A program made the position numbers and the translations under genes. From Raillietiella orientalis (taxonomy: Eukaryota), in NCBI GenBank assembly GCA_036172245.1, contig JAYWIR010000033.1, forward strand, positions 1,612,001 to 1,676,000: a DNA stretch of 64,000 bases, read 5' to 3'. Shown one piece after another: positions 10,990 to 24,469 of the stretch (position 1 is its first letter; the number at the start of each line of letters is the position of its first letter). A model generated the notes under the pieces. It was given only the letters and a program-made list of their open reading frames with translations. It was not told the DNA's origin and did no database searches.

Positions 10990-13590
10990 TTTGGCTCGAC
11001 GTCCGGTTGCTCCGGGGAGTTTATTTATGGAGAAATAGACAAGTCGGTGAGTTTATTTTTCTATAAATAAAACAAACGCAACGATGGCAACCTGCCAAGG
11101 ACCGGCGCGCAGACCGGCGAGGTGCGCCTCGGCAGAAAAGACGAAGAGAGAAGGGGGGGGGACAAGCAAAAAGAAAAAGGACAAACAATTTGGAGGGATC
11201 GGGAAGGGATCGCAGACAGCCCTTGGAAGGCACCCTTGGAATCCTTGCCAGGATGCCGGCAAGTTCCTTCTTCAGGATTCCCAGTCGGGACCATCTCGAT
11301 GCTGTCCTCATGAAGAAGACCACAAAATACATGGCATCCCATGTCGTTCTGGTCTCCTCTGGCGTGGCTCCATGCAGCCACGATCCCGCGCAGGCAATAA
11401 AGTGCTGCTGGGATGTGGCCGGGGCGTGGGCTTCGCGCAGAAAGAGACGCTTCATGACGTCTCTGGGGTTGCCCTCGGGGATCCGCAGGAACGCGTCAAA
11501 GAGACCCCACAGGGGGAGGAGGGCAACAGCACAATTCATGAGCAGATGCGGGAGGGACTCTCTTTCCCCGCAACTGCTGCAGTTGGGCTCGCACTCCCTC
11601 GGGTCTAGAAGGATCGCCGATTCCTGATAATTGAAGGAGACGACGCCGTTTCAGCACTGTTTCAGCACGCCGGAGGGACTTCGTCTCCTCCGAAGGGATT
11701 TATAGCAGCTCTCCCCAGCATAACAGTCCCTTATGTAGGACACTCGGGGTCGCAGCGTCCATCAGCTCCCGAGTTGTCCACGCAGCCACACGTTTCTTTT
11801 TCTTTTCGACTGTGCACGTCACTTCCCACCTCGCTGGAAGCTCGCTGTCCCTTTCTGTCCCATATGGGGGGCAGCACTGGCTCAAGAGGGGGGTGAACGA
11901 AACCCACGGCAGATTCCTGGATCTCTCTCAACGAATGGCGGGTGGCACGTGCCACTCGTCAACGGCACAAGCGAGGCAGGGTGCATCTGCCTCGCTTGTG
12001 CCGTTGATTTTTCCCTATGAGAACCACTGACTCCTGCGACCAGGCCGTGGCATTTGGCTGGTCGCCCTGGGAACGACCTGGGTCCTCATAGAGGATTCTC
12101 GTGGTCAGGTCCTTCTTGCGTATCCGTGGCCACCCGTTCGTTCCTCCTTCTTAAGGGAGATGCGGCCTGCTTTTTCGAAAGGAGAGCGATATGCATCCTG
12201 GTCTCTTCTGGCAACGCTGGACTTTTTCTTCCGCGCGAGGGGGGACTTTTTCTTCCGCAAAATCTTCTTCATCCCCAGTTTCCCTTTTTCCTGCCTTTGT
12301 TCCCACCGAAGACTGCTGGGTAGTCCGTTCAAAGTTGGGTTTGCCCGTCCGATGCGTCCAAGGTTGCCTCAGATCCCAGGAGCGAGCGAAGGACTTGGTG
12401 CTGCCGCCTCGCCGGGACGCAGGCCGAAGACGGTCTTCCATGGAGCGGATGCAGACGCGAGCATCGTTCTGGAAGTCGGCTCTGGCGGCTGTGGAAACAC
12501 CCACCGAGCAGTGGGTCCCAAACAGGGACCCACCGAGCGGAACGCAGCGACGCCTAGGGCTAGTCACGAGGCAGTTCGAGATGCTGCGAGTTCCCTCCTG
12601 CAGCAGTGGGGTGGCGAAGAGGTCGTGAAGTGCCCAGCAAGCAAGAAAGCGAGGTTCAGACGAACGAGAGAGGGCCCTTTGTGGAAATTTAAAAGGTCGG
12701 ACGGAGGTGTCCTTGCATTTCATACCGACTCATCTTCTTGAAAAGAAAAATTCCCCTTCCCATCTTCCGGGAGGGATCCGCACCGACGGGATGTTTTTCG
12801 GGCACGAGAAACACGGCAGAGATAAAAATTCTGGCGGCAGTCGCGGCTCTTTCCTGCTCCCCTTAAAAGCACAGCGCCGCCGAAGCCCTGGGGAATGAAG
12901 CGACCTCAGTACTGAAATCGATCTTCAGATGGTGCGCGCGGCGGAACTCTTGGTTTATTCATGGCTTGCTCCCGAGAAGAAATTACGTCAGAGGTTACGT
13001 AAGCAATTCGAATGCTTTATTGCGCACGACATGAACCTCGCGCTGGCAGCTGCCGCTTTCAGCGAACCTTCGAAATTCTCTCCTCCATCTGGCATTTTCC
13101 GTTGTGCTTCTTCGTTTTTCATTGCTTTCGGTCTTCATCAACAGATTTCTCGTTGCTTCCCACTGTGTGATTTGATTTATTGTTCCTCAAGTGGTCCGAG
13201 CCACTCGAAGGTTATTGGTTGGGGAATACCTGCAAACAAATCCGAAGGTCCATTGAAGGAAAAAGCGTAGAAGAACCGAAAGTCAGATTCTCGTGATCGA
13301 GTCGGGTCACGAACCTGACCCTCGTAAAGTACTTCATCTCGAAATAATAGAGAATGCTCGGATTTTATTCCTTCGAAGGCGCAGGCGCACAAAGGAACGA
13401 GTCAAGGCACGAAGGCACACGAGGAGTGCCAGGTCTTCGATTCCAGGCTTTCAAAATTTTGCTTGAAAATCTCCTGAAGCACCCACAACGTTGCACCAAC
13501 TTGTGTAAGAAAAATATTTCCAGCGAGGAACGTTCACGAAGCCTGAACTTTCAAAGTGATCTGCACTGCTGGCTGTGAGTCTGGGCTGGG
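10990..13590 (-). mobile_element. L1/Tx1-like LINE, copy B (internally deleted)
   Basis: CSSCGERESLPHLLMNC zinc finger (~11530..11585) followed by FMRTASRWSRLG and the same 3' UTR. An LPPEF RT-upstream motif lies at ~12830. Confidence 0.75.
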
Positions 13591-15300
13591 TTCGTTAACA
13601 CCTGGATGCCCCGGGGCGTTTACCTATCTAAAAATAAACATTTGCAAAAGGTGTGATTGGACCGGTGGTCCAACCACGTTCGTTTCACAGGGAGCCTGCC
13701 GGGTTACCGGTTCCAAGACCGGCGAGCTCCGCCGCCAGAGGCAGAGGGGAAGGGGCAAACAAAGAAATAAAAATAAAAATAAACAAAATTTGGGGGGGGA
13801 GGGGACGGAAAGGGATCACAGTCTGCTGAAGGCGGTCCTCTGCATAATTCACAGGAGGCCGTCAAGCTCCTGCTGTATGGAGTTGCTCGGGTGAGGCCAT
13901 CTCGTTGCCATCTTCATGAATCGGACGGTGAAGTAGATGTGGCACCCCTATCGCTCGGTCCTCCACCTACGTCGCTTCAGGCCGCGACGATCCCGGCGCC
14001 GAGGCAGCAGAGAGCTTCTGGGGAGGCTGCCGGCCGAAGTGCGCCGCGAACGAAGAGGGGTCTAAGAGCGTCCCTGGGGTTGCTGCCTGGGGTTCCTAGG
14101 GTCGCAGCAAGGCGTTTCCAAGGGGATGGAGGGCAACACAATCCACAAGCGGGTGGGGGAGGGATTCACGTTCCCCACACCTGGCACAGTTCGGTTCCAC
14201 ACACGCACCCGTGTCGAGTGATGGTGCTGGATTCGTGCTCCCAGATCCAGGTTGCCCCGTAGCTCGTCACGAAGAACCACAGCTCGCTAAGCTTTGAGAT
14301 CAAAATGCAAGATTGATCGTGCACGCTGTCTGCAATATCGCTTTTGCCTCCCCCCACCCCTCCCAGTTCATCTTCCTCGGACTCTGATGGTTGCACAAGG
14401 AATTCCTCCTCCACCCTACGGGACGTTGGCAGCTCAACGAAGCAGGCACGATTCTCCGAGGTGTGTAATGTTCCTCTGGCATGACCAACCCCGTTCTGTT
14501 TTCAATCCAGCATCTCCAGATACGGGGCGTGGGTCGGCAAAAAAGACGCCATTGCGTCCCCGCAGCCTTCTTGAGATTTCCCCTTCAGCTGTTTCTCCTG
14601 CACCCCCGATATAAGAATCGCCTTTGCCCTTCCTCAGGAAGCCACCATGCAGAATCGGTCGGTTCGCCACTTTCGAATTTTTCGTTCTCTTCTGCAAGCG
14701 GCGTCTCCTGGTTTCCCGTCTTCAGGAGGTACCCCCCGTCTTCGGTTCCGACCACTCCCACAAAGCAAATCCACTCGAGCAGCTGGAGCAGCAGCGTGCG
14801 AAGGTCAGCTGGCGAAACACAAGAAACGAGAGATGGATGCTCGCGATTCCAAGATGGAGACGAAGGCGGCAGACGTCCCGAGAGAGGAGATCTGTCGTTC
14901 ATGATCTTCTTGTCTGCAGTGAGGATGAAGATTGAAGCAGACGTGCAGACAGCTTCTGTGCTTCCCCCAGATCGTGCACGGCTGCGATCTTCTTTTCCTC
15001 CGAGCGCAACTCAAGGAACAGGCTGGAGTAGAGTTTTCGGACTTTGAGAGCTGAGAAGACGTGCTGCATCCCTCAGTGCCCCGGCATCCCAGCGTCGCAT
15101 CGGTGCCGAACCTTTGCTGAATGGACTCCACAAATGTGACCGCCTCCTCCGCCCAACGGGGAGCAATGCCTCTCAACGCTCTTTTCCATGCAATCGCAGC
15201 TCCAAAATCCACAAATCGGATTTGCAGACTCAGCTGCCTTGGCGGCAGACAATCGAGCGATGGGGAGCTTTTCATAATGGCCTCCTACGGAACAGAACAC
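13590..15300 (-). mobile_element. L1/Tx1-like LINE 3' part, copy C
   Basis: HIYFTVRFMKMATRWPH peptide (~13890..13945) and the same 3' UTR layout. RT-like remnants lie upstream. Confidence 0.7.
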
Positions 15301-17229
15301 ACCCTAATCAAAGACACTGGCGGAAGCATCAAAGGAGAAGCCTCATATCGCTGACTAGTCCAAGGTTCATTTTTTTCTTTTGTGTGTACGTGTGTGTGTT
15401 TTGCAACGGATGTTGATGCTGTGATCCGATTACAGGAAATCCAAAGTGCAAATCCAAAGGCACGGAGTGCGCGGAATCGGTCTTGGAATTCCGGGCCTTC
15501 TCGGGACGCTGATAAGCCGGGAAATCGGATATCGTGTGCGCGCGAACAGGAAGGTTGGCACGAACGTGTGCGACACTCTCAAGAGGATGCGGATGTTGGA
15601 TCCAGAACAGATGAGCGCGTCTCCCGCTCCGTGACCCGCTGCCCACGGCGACCAGCAGCAGCTTTCGCGGGATCTGGCTAGCGCCGAGTCGGGTGCCGCG
15701 ACCCAGTGTTTCGTTTCGAGTGCTCCGCGAAGAAAACAGTGGACCTCGCCTACTTCTTCACCGCTGAAGGCACTTTCGAGAAGCTCAAAAAGGAAATTAC
15801 CGTCGGGCCGAAGTCCCAAGCATTTCTTTCCTCACCTCGACATGACCGCCTACTTGCGCCTCGATGTGATTGCTGTCATGGTGACGTATGTGGGATGCCG
15901 CCGGTGCTATCCGCGTTTCCCGACGTCCCCGACGTGCTAGCTGCTCAGAAAGTCACGCCAAACGCTTCCACTTCTTTCCCGATCTCCCCTCCCCGCGTGG
16001 GGTTCCTTCCCCGTCTGCGATCTTTCCTGCACTTTTCCGTTCCGCGCGCTCTTCCGCGGAGGCGACGTGAGACGACATGCCCCAGCCCTTTCTCGAGACG
16101 CTTTTTTGCTGTAGTCTCCGTCGCGCCCCTTCCTCAACCGTTACGTGCAGACACGATAGCTGATTCATCTCAGTCTGGACGTCTACCATCGGTGGAGCCG
16201 GCATTCGCAGATCCAAGGAAGGATACTTCCCAATCGATATCGCCGCTTTTGCTTCTTCCAACCAGTTCGGCGTTCTTTCTTCGTCACGAGACGCGACGAA
16301 GAGCAGGAGTGATCCCGAGCCACTTTACGCAGACAGGATCGAATTCCAGGATCGAGTTCAGGGATCACTCGCCGCCACGTCGCACTCCCTTTTTCAATTC
16401 ATCGCGCCGGGAAAAAAGAAAAAAAACGAAAAAAAACCTCTCGAAGAACGGAACCTCCGTGGCACGCCTCGGTGACGTTCGCCACGCCTACGTGCCCGTA
16501 TGTGACGCGCGACCTCCCTGACTTCTCCACAAACAGGTTGTTGATCCACTCGAAGAAGCAAGCCAAGGTCGCCGGCTGCCCGGAGACTGCTGTGGCAAAA
16601 ATCTGCGCAGCAGCGCAAGGCGCTCCCGGAAGGAGAGAGCCGCGCGCGGACGCGGCTGCCAATTTAGCGGCTTTCCCTCTGCATCTGTCGTTTCTGGAAA
16701 CCCATCCAGCGCCCGAAGATCTTTCATCCCTCTGGGCGGAGTTTCTAGCGGTTTTTGAATCACCGGCCGCCTAAGTTCGCGGCGTTTCCCGGGGTTGCAA
16801 AGAAGATTTTCAATCACGGGTGCCTCAGATAGTCTCAAATCGAATGTTCCGCGTGTTTTCATCCGCCCCTGCTTCCATCTTGGCGGATGCTGGAGTCCCA
16901 TGAACGAATCATCGCACCGTTGATGAAGGCTATCCAGGAAAACGAAGTTTCATTGCTAAAATATTTTCGATACTTAAATTGGATCTGCGTGTTGTGGTGC
17001 AGCAGCAGCAGCGACTCATTTGAGTACTCAATTCCAATTTAAGGACAGTTCCCTTAACGTCTTCTTTGAACTTTCTTCAAGCTAACTAAAACTTGTAACA
17101 CTTTCAGACTCTTTTTTTTTTTTTACAAACGTGCAGCAGCGGCTTAACCACCAACCATAGTCCGAATTTTTTCTTTTACGACCATAAAAAATTTTATGCA
17201 ACGTGAAATCCAACAAATACCAACCTCTA

Positions 17230-17915
17230 AACACAAATTAATAATGAATTCAGTAGTTTCAATGATTTCGTTATAACGAATAGGCTTTGTAACTTTGGCC
17301 TACAACGCCTGCACTTGTGCGTGTAAGAAAAGGTATGGAATCCCATAGAACAACCCGTGACTTGACATAAACAGCAACAACCAAGGAACTGTTCCATCTC
17401 ATTAGATGAAACACCTATGGGTTCTGCTGGATCACGTTGCAGAGCGTATGTGTCGGTATAGTCAACTATAGTACTCATAATTTTCGGAAATGGGTCGTAG
17501 GAGAGTAGGGTGCTTCAGGATCTTCAGGACATTCTTTCCATTCCAAGGAAGATAAAGACTGTCTTTCGGATGGGATACTCACTGCCAGGAAATTTTTTGA
17601 TTTGATTTCAAATTTTCATCATCTGATGACGATTCCCCACTCAATTCATCGTCGCTATCAATAATATTTGTGCGTTGTCGGGTAAATACTATTGACTGAC
17701 CTTTGTCCGAGTCAGATTCTAATAAAGAATCCACGGATCTATTACCTACCGCTAATGCTTCTTCTTACTCTTACTACTCTTTGATTTTTATATTATGCTT
17801 TGGTATTCATGTTTTAGGCCTCCAGTATATAAAACTAAAAAAGCAAAACGCAAGAGCTATCGCAGATACACCATCATAGGTCACTGTGACTTGGCAGCCA
17901 CAAAGCTATAACATG
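17230..17915 (-). mobile_element. piggyBac (PGBD-like) transposase remnant
   Basis: Acidic N-terminus (IIDSDDELSGESSSDDE), then TIVDYTDTYALQRDPAEPIGVSSNEMEQFLG, matching the IVxxTNxYAxQ...EMxxFLG block of PGBD transposases. Frameshifted, truncated and AT-rich. Confidence 0.7.
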
Positions 17916-18955
17916 TGAAAATATCAACCAAATGATTGTTTAAATGCAAACAAATAAGAGATTATACAAACCAGGGGCTATTACGCAGGCTTTTTCTTGT
18001 TCACCAAAACACCGATAGAACAAAAAATAATGACAATTGCACCGGATGGTTCATACAACTTTCATCTGTAGACAACTTGCAGAAGCATTTATCTCGATAT
18101 CTCGGGTTAGAGCTCATATCCATATCCGTCACCAAGACTATTACTGGTTGCCAAGGAGACTATATACAACAAGATGTATATGCCACCTTGCGTTAAAAAA
18201 TTCAATATACCAATTAGATAGCGATACATATAGCATAAATTAAATAGCATAAATAGCATAAATTTCACATGATCAGCAATTGTTAGTTTGCATTTTATTA
18301 TTGTACTATTGAATCTGAAGATTAAATGACGTTACGTATGTCGGACGTGTGCTGTGATATGGTGGGCTTCAGTAGCTCGTGTTATGTTATTATTAGGTCT
18401 GTATTGTATCATTTTTATTGATGGTTTCATTCATGATGTGGGGACGCAGTACCAGCAGCGATAATGATAATAATCACAATGAATTTCTAGGTATTAAAAT
18501 TTTTTTTATTTTTCGCAAAGTCGCGGGTTTTCGAAGGTGGGATTAATTTCTGTTGGCAACCCTGTGCGCAACACGAAAACCGCGGGCTTTGAACGTTCGC
18601 AAGCTGCCGAAGCATCGGTTCGGCTGAATCCCTGATTTCCGCCTTCCGGACGCATCTTCTCCGATCAGCCGTGAAAAACACCTCCGAGCAAGATTGGTCG
18701 TTTCGAATTTGGAGAAACCTGGCAACCGGATCTTTCCTTTTCCTTTTTCTTTTTTTCGCACGATGCTCAACAGAACTTTCCCCGGGAAGGTAATCCGAAT
18801 GGACCATTGCTTCGTTCCTTGGGAAATTCGCTTAGGCGCACATCTGCGTCTTCTCGTGTCACCGCTGCCTTGGAAACCCTCGTGTGAGTTTCAGATCCAG
18901 AGAGTCAATTCATCTCGCAAGTGTCCCCTTTCCCTCCTGCCTCCGAAAATCGAAC

Positions 18956-19030
18956 TTAGGAAGGGATAACCCTGCGCAATACCGGACAATATCCTTAGGA
19001 AGGGGTGACCCTGCCCAGCCCCGGACGAAA
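18956..19030. repeat. Two-copy imperfect ~39-bp tandem repeat
   Basis: cttaggaaggg.t.accctgc.ca...ccggac occurs twice. Confidence 0.7.
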
Positions 19031-19850
19031 ACCTTCCGCTCTCCCTAGCAGGGAAGCGCTTCCCCGAAATCCTAAACCGCGGTCGGTCCCGATCCTTGGC
19101 GTGACGGGGAGTACGTTTCCGTGACTACGGGAGGGTAGCAGAGCGTTGTTTTTGCTGCTGCTCGACTCGCAGCAACTGCCGCGCGCAAATGCAGATCGCG
19201 AAATGATTCATTTCATATGTGTGGGGGGGGGGGGATTCCAAAACTTTCCTGACGGACGTGGGCCGGATTGGCAGCGGACTGCGGGAGCAAGTAAATGGAG
19301 GTGGCATTCCTTCACTGCTGCGCACCAGGTGCCCACGCACAACATGGCGCACGCATCCGTGTCGGCACGAATGCAGCCCTATCGGGCTCGCTTGCCAGGG
19401 CCATTGCGCAAGACTGGAATGTTTTTTGGTTTTTTGTTTTGCCTTTTTTTGTTCGTTTTTTTTTTGTGTGTGTGTGTGCTTTTTTTACCAGGGCAAGCCG
19501 ACGCAATTGTGCGTCGGTACGACGCGTGGATCTTTGCGAGGACTTCGTTCTGCTCGCAACGCCCGAAAATTGAGCCAACGGAAGGACTTCGTGACGCTCC
19601 AGGGAGAAATTCTAGGCCCTCGCCTCGCTTGCAAACTTCTCGCGAGGGAAGTCTTGTTCTCCTCCCCCCCCCCCTCTCTCCTCCTCAACACGGGAGGAAT
19701 CCTCAACAACAACTTCTTGCGTGCTTCCCGCTTAGCTCTTGCAAAGAGCTGATAGCGGGGTGAAAAAAAAGTCCCATCGCTAATTTTCTTCATATCTGAT
19801 TGAATATGAAAGTTAACGACCAAAATGAAGTGCGCGAATCCTGATGTGAA

Positions 19851-19926
19851 AGCACATTGTTGGTTCTGCGGTTCCATGGAAACGCGTGCACGCGTTTCCA
19901 TGGAACCGCAGAACCAACAATGTGCT
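19851..19926. repeat. Perfect 76-bp palindrome with no spacer
   Basis: agcacattgttggttctgcggttccatggaaacgcgtg|cacgcgtttccatggaaccgcagaaccaacaatgtgct. Confidence 0.98.
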
Positions 19927-20299
19927 CTATACGCCACCGGATTGAAAGCGAGGGAGGCACTCTCGTTTGCGTCCCGCTGTCCATCGACCTGAGAACCACA
20001 CACACACACACACACGTCTTCACCCAGCGTTCTTCCATGTTAGGATTGGAGTGTTTCCTATCCCCAGAACGTAAATTTCACAACTTTCCGAGTAATCCTG
20101 CTGAGCCCTGTGTTGTCTGGGCGTGCAAGAAAAAAGCATGTTTCCTTGGTTGCTTTATTATTTTTAATCTCAGGTAGGGTCTTTCTACGCCGCTGGATAG
20201 GAAACTGAAAATTCTGTAAAGCCCTGCCGTGTTGCAACACACAGCAAAAAGGGCATTCAAGGAAAACGACGGATGCGGAACCTTGAATGTTTAAAGGAG

Positions 20300-21480
20300 T
20301 TATTCCTCCCCGCTGTGGCTGCCTCCGGTCATTTATGGACACACCGCCAGGCGACTGTGGCTGTGACCTACTTTGAAAGGGCGTGTGGAGACCAACGAGA
20401 CGGTGCGTCCGAGCGAAGCAGTTCCTTCAAGTCCGATGGCTTTGCAAAGTGCTCTAACCAGGGTGATCACCTAGGAACGAGAACCGGGAGAAGCCAGCCT
20501 GGGTGCATCCGCGAGTGCGAGGCATGGAGTGCTACACCGAGAACCGGTCCACCGCGTCAGTTCACGCTTCGTTTCGCCCGCAAAGCCAGATTTGAAAAAG
20601 GTCTCTTCCAGGTCGCACACCCTGTGGGATTGAACTATTCGTACTGACGGAACGTACAGTGCGGAACCACTCGAAAGCCAGTCCACCTCCATCCTCGCTA
20701 CACCGCCGCAAAGCCAAGACAACCACAGGAGCGTTTGTTTCTCATGCAGGGCGGTGGCTGCGCCTCGGGAACGATTGTGCATGCGCGCGCGCGACTTGCC
20801 GGCGGCTGAGGATGAGAGAGGCTCGAGAATTTGCGCGACCCGGCTAAGCCCTCACACGCGGAAAGCTCTGTGGAAAGCTTTCGATATCTGGAACCGAGGA
20901 CGCACACCTTCTTCAGGTCTCCTCCCTGCTTGCAGCCGCCCGGCATAGCGAACTCGTCGTGCGAAGGGATGTAATGGGAACTCAGAGAGGAGGAAGCGTT
21001 CAATCTTATTCCGCACAATCAGGATGCGTTGGCACTGCGCAGCCACTGCGTCACGGCTACGACCGCTTCACTGCCTGTTCTCGAGCTCGCCCCTTCCCAG
21101 GGTCCCTCCAGGAATCAAGGGGCTTTGAATATGAGGCGAGCCACGCGCGACCCTGGCCGCGGTCTCCTCGTGCGGCACCGAGCGTTGCGCGTTCGAGTCC
21201 CGCCAGGGAAAAAGGTTCGACGCTGAGAACAGGAGATGCGTCATGGGTTTCCAGTACTCCCTCAGGATGACTCCTGGGCCTTCTTCTTCTTGCATAGGGT
21301 GGTCCCTCTGGGGTCTCCTCCAAACTTGAATTGCACGCATCCTCGGGTGGCATGAACAGTGTCAAAGAGCTTTGTGAGTCTCTCCCCCCCCCCTCCCCAA
21401 AAAAGAGCGAAAAAAAGATGAAGCTGGAAGGAAAGCAGCGAAGAATCCCCAGTCCTTGGATTCCTATCGCCCTATGCCAA
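20300..21480 (-). mobile_element. Degenerate LINE 5' end and ORF1
   Basis: cacgcatcctcgggtggc and aagctggaaggaaa blocks match the reverse complement of 34730..34875. Confidence 0.6.
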
Positions 21481-24002
21481 TAGTAGCGATTTCCCCGTAA
21501 CATCGCTACTGTCCTTTACAAGAAAAAAAACACACACACACAGCGATGGTGGCGCGACGAAGGAGGGCAGACGTAGTTTCCCAGCTGCCATTAACTTTGG
21601 GTTCGAGACCGGAGAAAGGGAAACGCCCTCCGCCTTTCTGATCTTCAAACGCTTCCTGCTCGAAGCTGCAGCTTCCTCAAGGAAAGTTCCTGGGCGCCGC
21701 CGCGCCGCGAGATCATCATCGTCTTCGTGAGCAGGATGAATTCGCTGATCCTGCGCACGAAGAACGTATTGAGTCTGGGATGTTCGGGAACATCACGGCT
21801 TTGAAACGTAGGGATCGATCTGGGAGGGGGGCGGGTCATCTAAGCGATCGATATGGCAAAAGACAGCGAGGGATAAAAGGCATGCTGTGAAATCCGTTTG
21901 CAGACTATTGTCTGCAGGATGCTTCATTTTTCCGTATTCTTCTTTGGTAATGCCAGAGCGATGCCACGTAACCTTGGAAATAGGTCCGGGGCGTGTCTGA
22001 ATCTCAGCGATGCTACCCAACAGCCTCGAGTCTTTGGAGGTTCGAAGAGAGGGTCTTTTTGAAGAGGTGACCAGCGCCAAACTGTTAACCCTCATTTCCT
22101 GAGGGCACGGCTAAATCGTGATATCCGAAGCTGATCGTAGGAACCAGGAGCGCCGTCTGAGAAGAATCGCGACCCATTCTGCTCCTGCAGTCGCACATCA
22201 TGAAGATACGTCGAATTTTGCGCCTGGCAGAGGTACAAAACTTCTCTTTGCCTGCGAGAATCGAGAGATGATCGCTTAATTTCCTGAAGTCTAGCAGAAG
22301 GGGGTAACTATGGCGACGTGGTTTTCGATCCAGACGGCTGCTGTGCATGTTCTACGAACAGAAACAACCGAAGCAGAGAGGCCTTTCCTGAATCGAGCCA
22401 TGCGCCAAAAGATGGATCGGTGCTTACTCGCTGGCGGGCAATCAGCGGTGTCTTATCCTTCCATTCCGGGTCACGTATTGGAAATACACGAGGAAAAAAT
22501 ACCACATCGAAGGGCCTACTGGCCTAAAATGAAAGGGCACGAACCTCACTAGAAAAAGCTGTGACCTCTTACAAGCTTCTCTGCTAGTGAAAAAGGAAGT
22601 GCTGCCAGCGTTAGTTAGTAGTTCAGGTGCTGTGAACAACGCTGGAAGCATAGCTCATGCTAACAAAAAATATACAGCGATGTAGAGCACTTTTTCACCC
22701 AGTTATCTGATGAAAGTAGAAGTGAGGACTCTCATACGGAACCATGGAAACGAACCCTCTTCTAAACTAAAGAAAATTCAAAGTGTTCATCATCTTTTCA
22801 CCCCTTTACCCTAGTTCAGCGCACAGTTTCACGCAGCATTTTCGAAGTTTGGACCAGGAGCAAAGGAAAGCCCAAATCTCTTGCCAATTTCGGACCCCAT
22901 GGGTTTTTGCTGACCTCGCACTGAAGGTTTTTCGATGTGATCCGAGCTGCTACGTATGCTCTTTTCGATTGCATCCAATTTGGTCAACGAAACTGGGAAA
23001 CTTTTGAAACTTGCAAAGCACAAGAAATCACCACTCTCTCTAGTCGTAAGGTCCTCCGTTTCCCAAACCCGGTGATCAGATAAGTAGTGGAGCAAAAAAA
23101 AAAAAAAAAAACATTACTGCTGTCCCGTACTACCCGTGCCACGAGATCCCTGCTAACAAAAAATGACATCCTGAGAATCCCTTAAACCACGGACCACTAA
23201 CTCGGAATTCGTTAATTGGTCACGACCATGTGTCTGAAGCCGAGCCAAGGCTCTATTCAAAGCAGCGGCAGCAGCAGCAGCCCCGTCCTACGCACCGGTC
23301 TCACCTTCTCAGATGGGCCATCGCGAAAAGTTTCGAAACCCACGACCTCAGTCACGAGTCTTCACGTGTGAAACAGCAATCCCATGACTCGCGGAGGGCG
23401 TAAAAGAGAGAGGGACGCCATTCTAATAAAGACTCTATGTGGCTTTGGCTCAGCCGCGAAGCAGAAGACCTACACGCGTCCCTACTGGTGTTTGGTATGT
23501 CTTAGGGGGGGTTTCTCCGCTGTTCTAAACAAAAGTTTCCAGCCTCCCTCGAAACAAAAAAAAAAAGAAAAAAAAACCGCCTCGAAACAAAAAAAAAAAA
23601 GAAAAAAAAAATCGCAACGGAAATGCTTCCCTCCAGCCGCAGGGTTCGGAGTCGGAAATTCCCCCTGCGGGGAAGTTCCATCGCCCAAAAAGTCTAAAAG
23701 TTCAACGAAATATCAACAGCGGGCCCGTCAGCTTATCGACCGTAGACGACGGCGAGATTCGGAGTGTGACCACCGCTGAACAGAATTTCCCAAGGGTTGC
23801 CGCTTTTCGAGGGAAGCGAGGGACCCCGGAGGGTTCAACGTGGTAATTCAACGTCGCTGATTCCAAACAACTCCTTCAAAGCCAAAATAAGAACGCGAGT
23901 GTTTGAAAGTGCGTATGAATGATGATGTGCGCTCACTGCGCAGTAAGGAAGATTCAAAAAAAACCCACAAAAAAAGAGAAAAAGAACGCTACAACACTGG
24001 GC

Positions 24003-24024
24003 GTGTGTGTGTGTGTGTGTGTGT
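24003..24024. repeat. (GT)n microsatellite; similar (CA)n tracts at ~19997, ~21530 and ~32561
   Basis: Directly visible dinucleotide runs. Confidence 0.9.
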
Positions 24025-24283
24025 GGTCGTTTTTTCTTGGCAGCCCGTCTACATGTTGTTGAAATGGCACTGGATCCACGCAAACCATCGCCGTTTCAAT
24101 TATGCCGACCTGCGATCATCATTGATCATCAACCGCACATGCCCCCCACTCCAAACAGAAGCAAACCTTCAGCGAGACTTTTCGTTCTTGCACCTATTCT
24201 ATTTTTCTTTTTTTCCATCCGCGCCAGCGGCTCTCGTCTCTCGGTGACCCAAATTGGAGCGCGCCAGAGAGGAAGTTGCTGCG

Positions 24284-24291
24284 TGACGTCA
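24284..24291. promoter_or_regulatory. CRE-type palindrome TGACGTCA ~180 bp upstream of the CPT1 start codon
   Basis: Exact consensus next to a GGAAGT motif in a CpG-containing region. Function untested. Confidence 0.35.
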
Positions 24292-24469
24292 CTCTTCTAC
24301 TCGCGTGCGACTCGATCTTGGAATTGTGCGTAGTAAGTAGTAGAGTACAGGTGCTTGCGTGAGCGTACGACGTGTTCATTGAACGCTTGCAGTTATGGTT
24401 GCACGTACGTGTTCTCGCTCGTAGCTCATTCGGTCCCGGTTCTCAAAGAGTGACTTTAACTTTTCTTTG

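Noticed and set aside
23546..23612. Tandem cctcgaaac-A-rich duplication
   Set aside because: Ordinary slippage duplication in a poly(A) tract.
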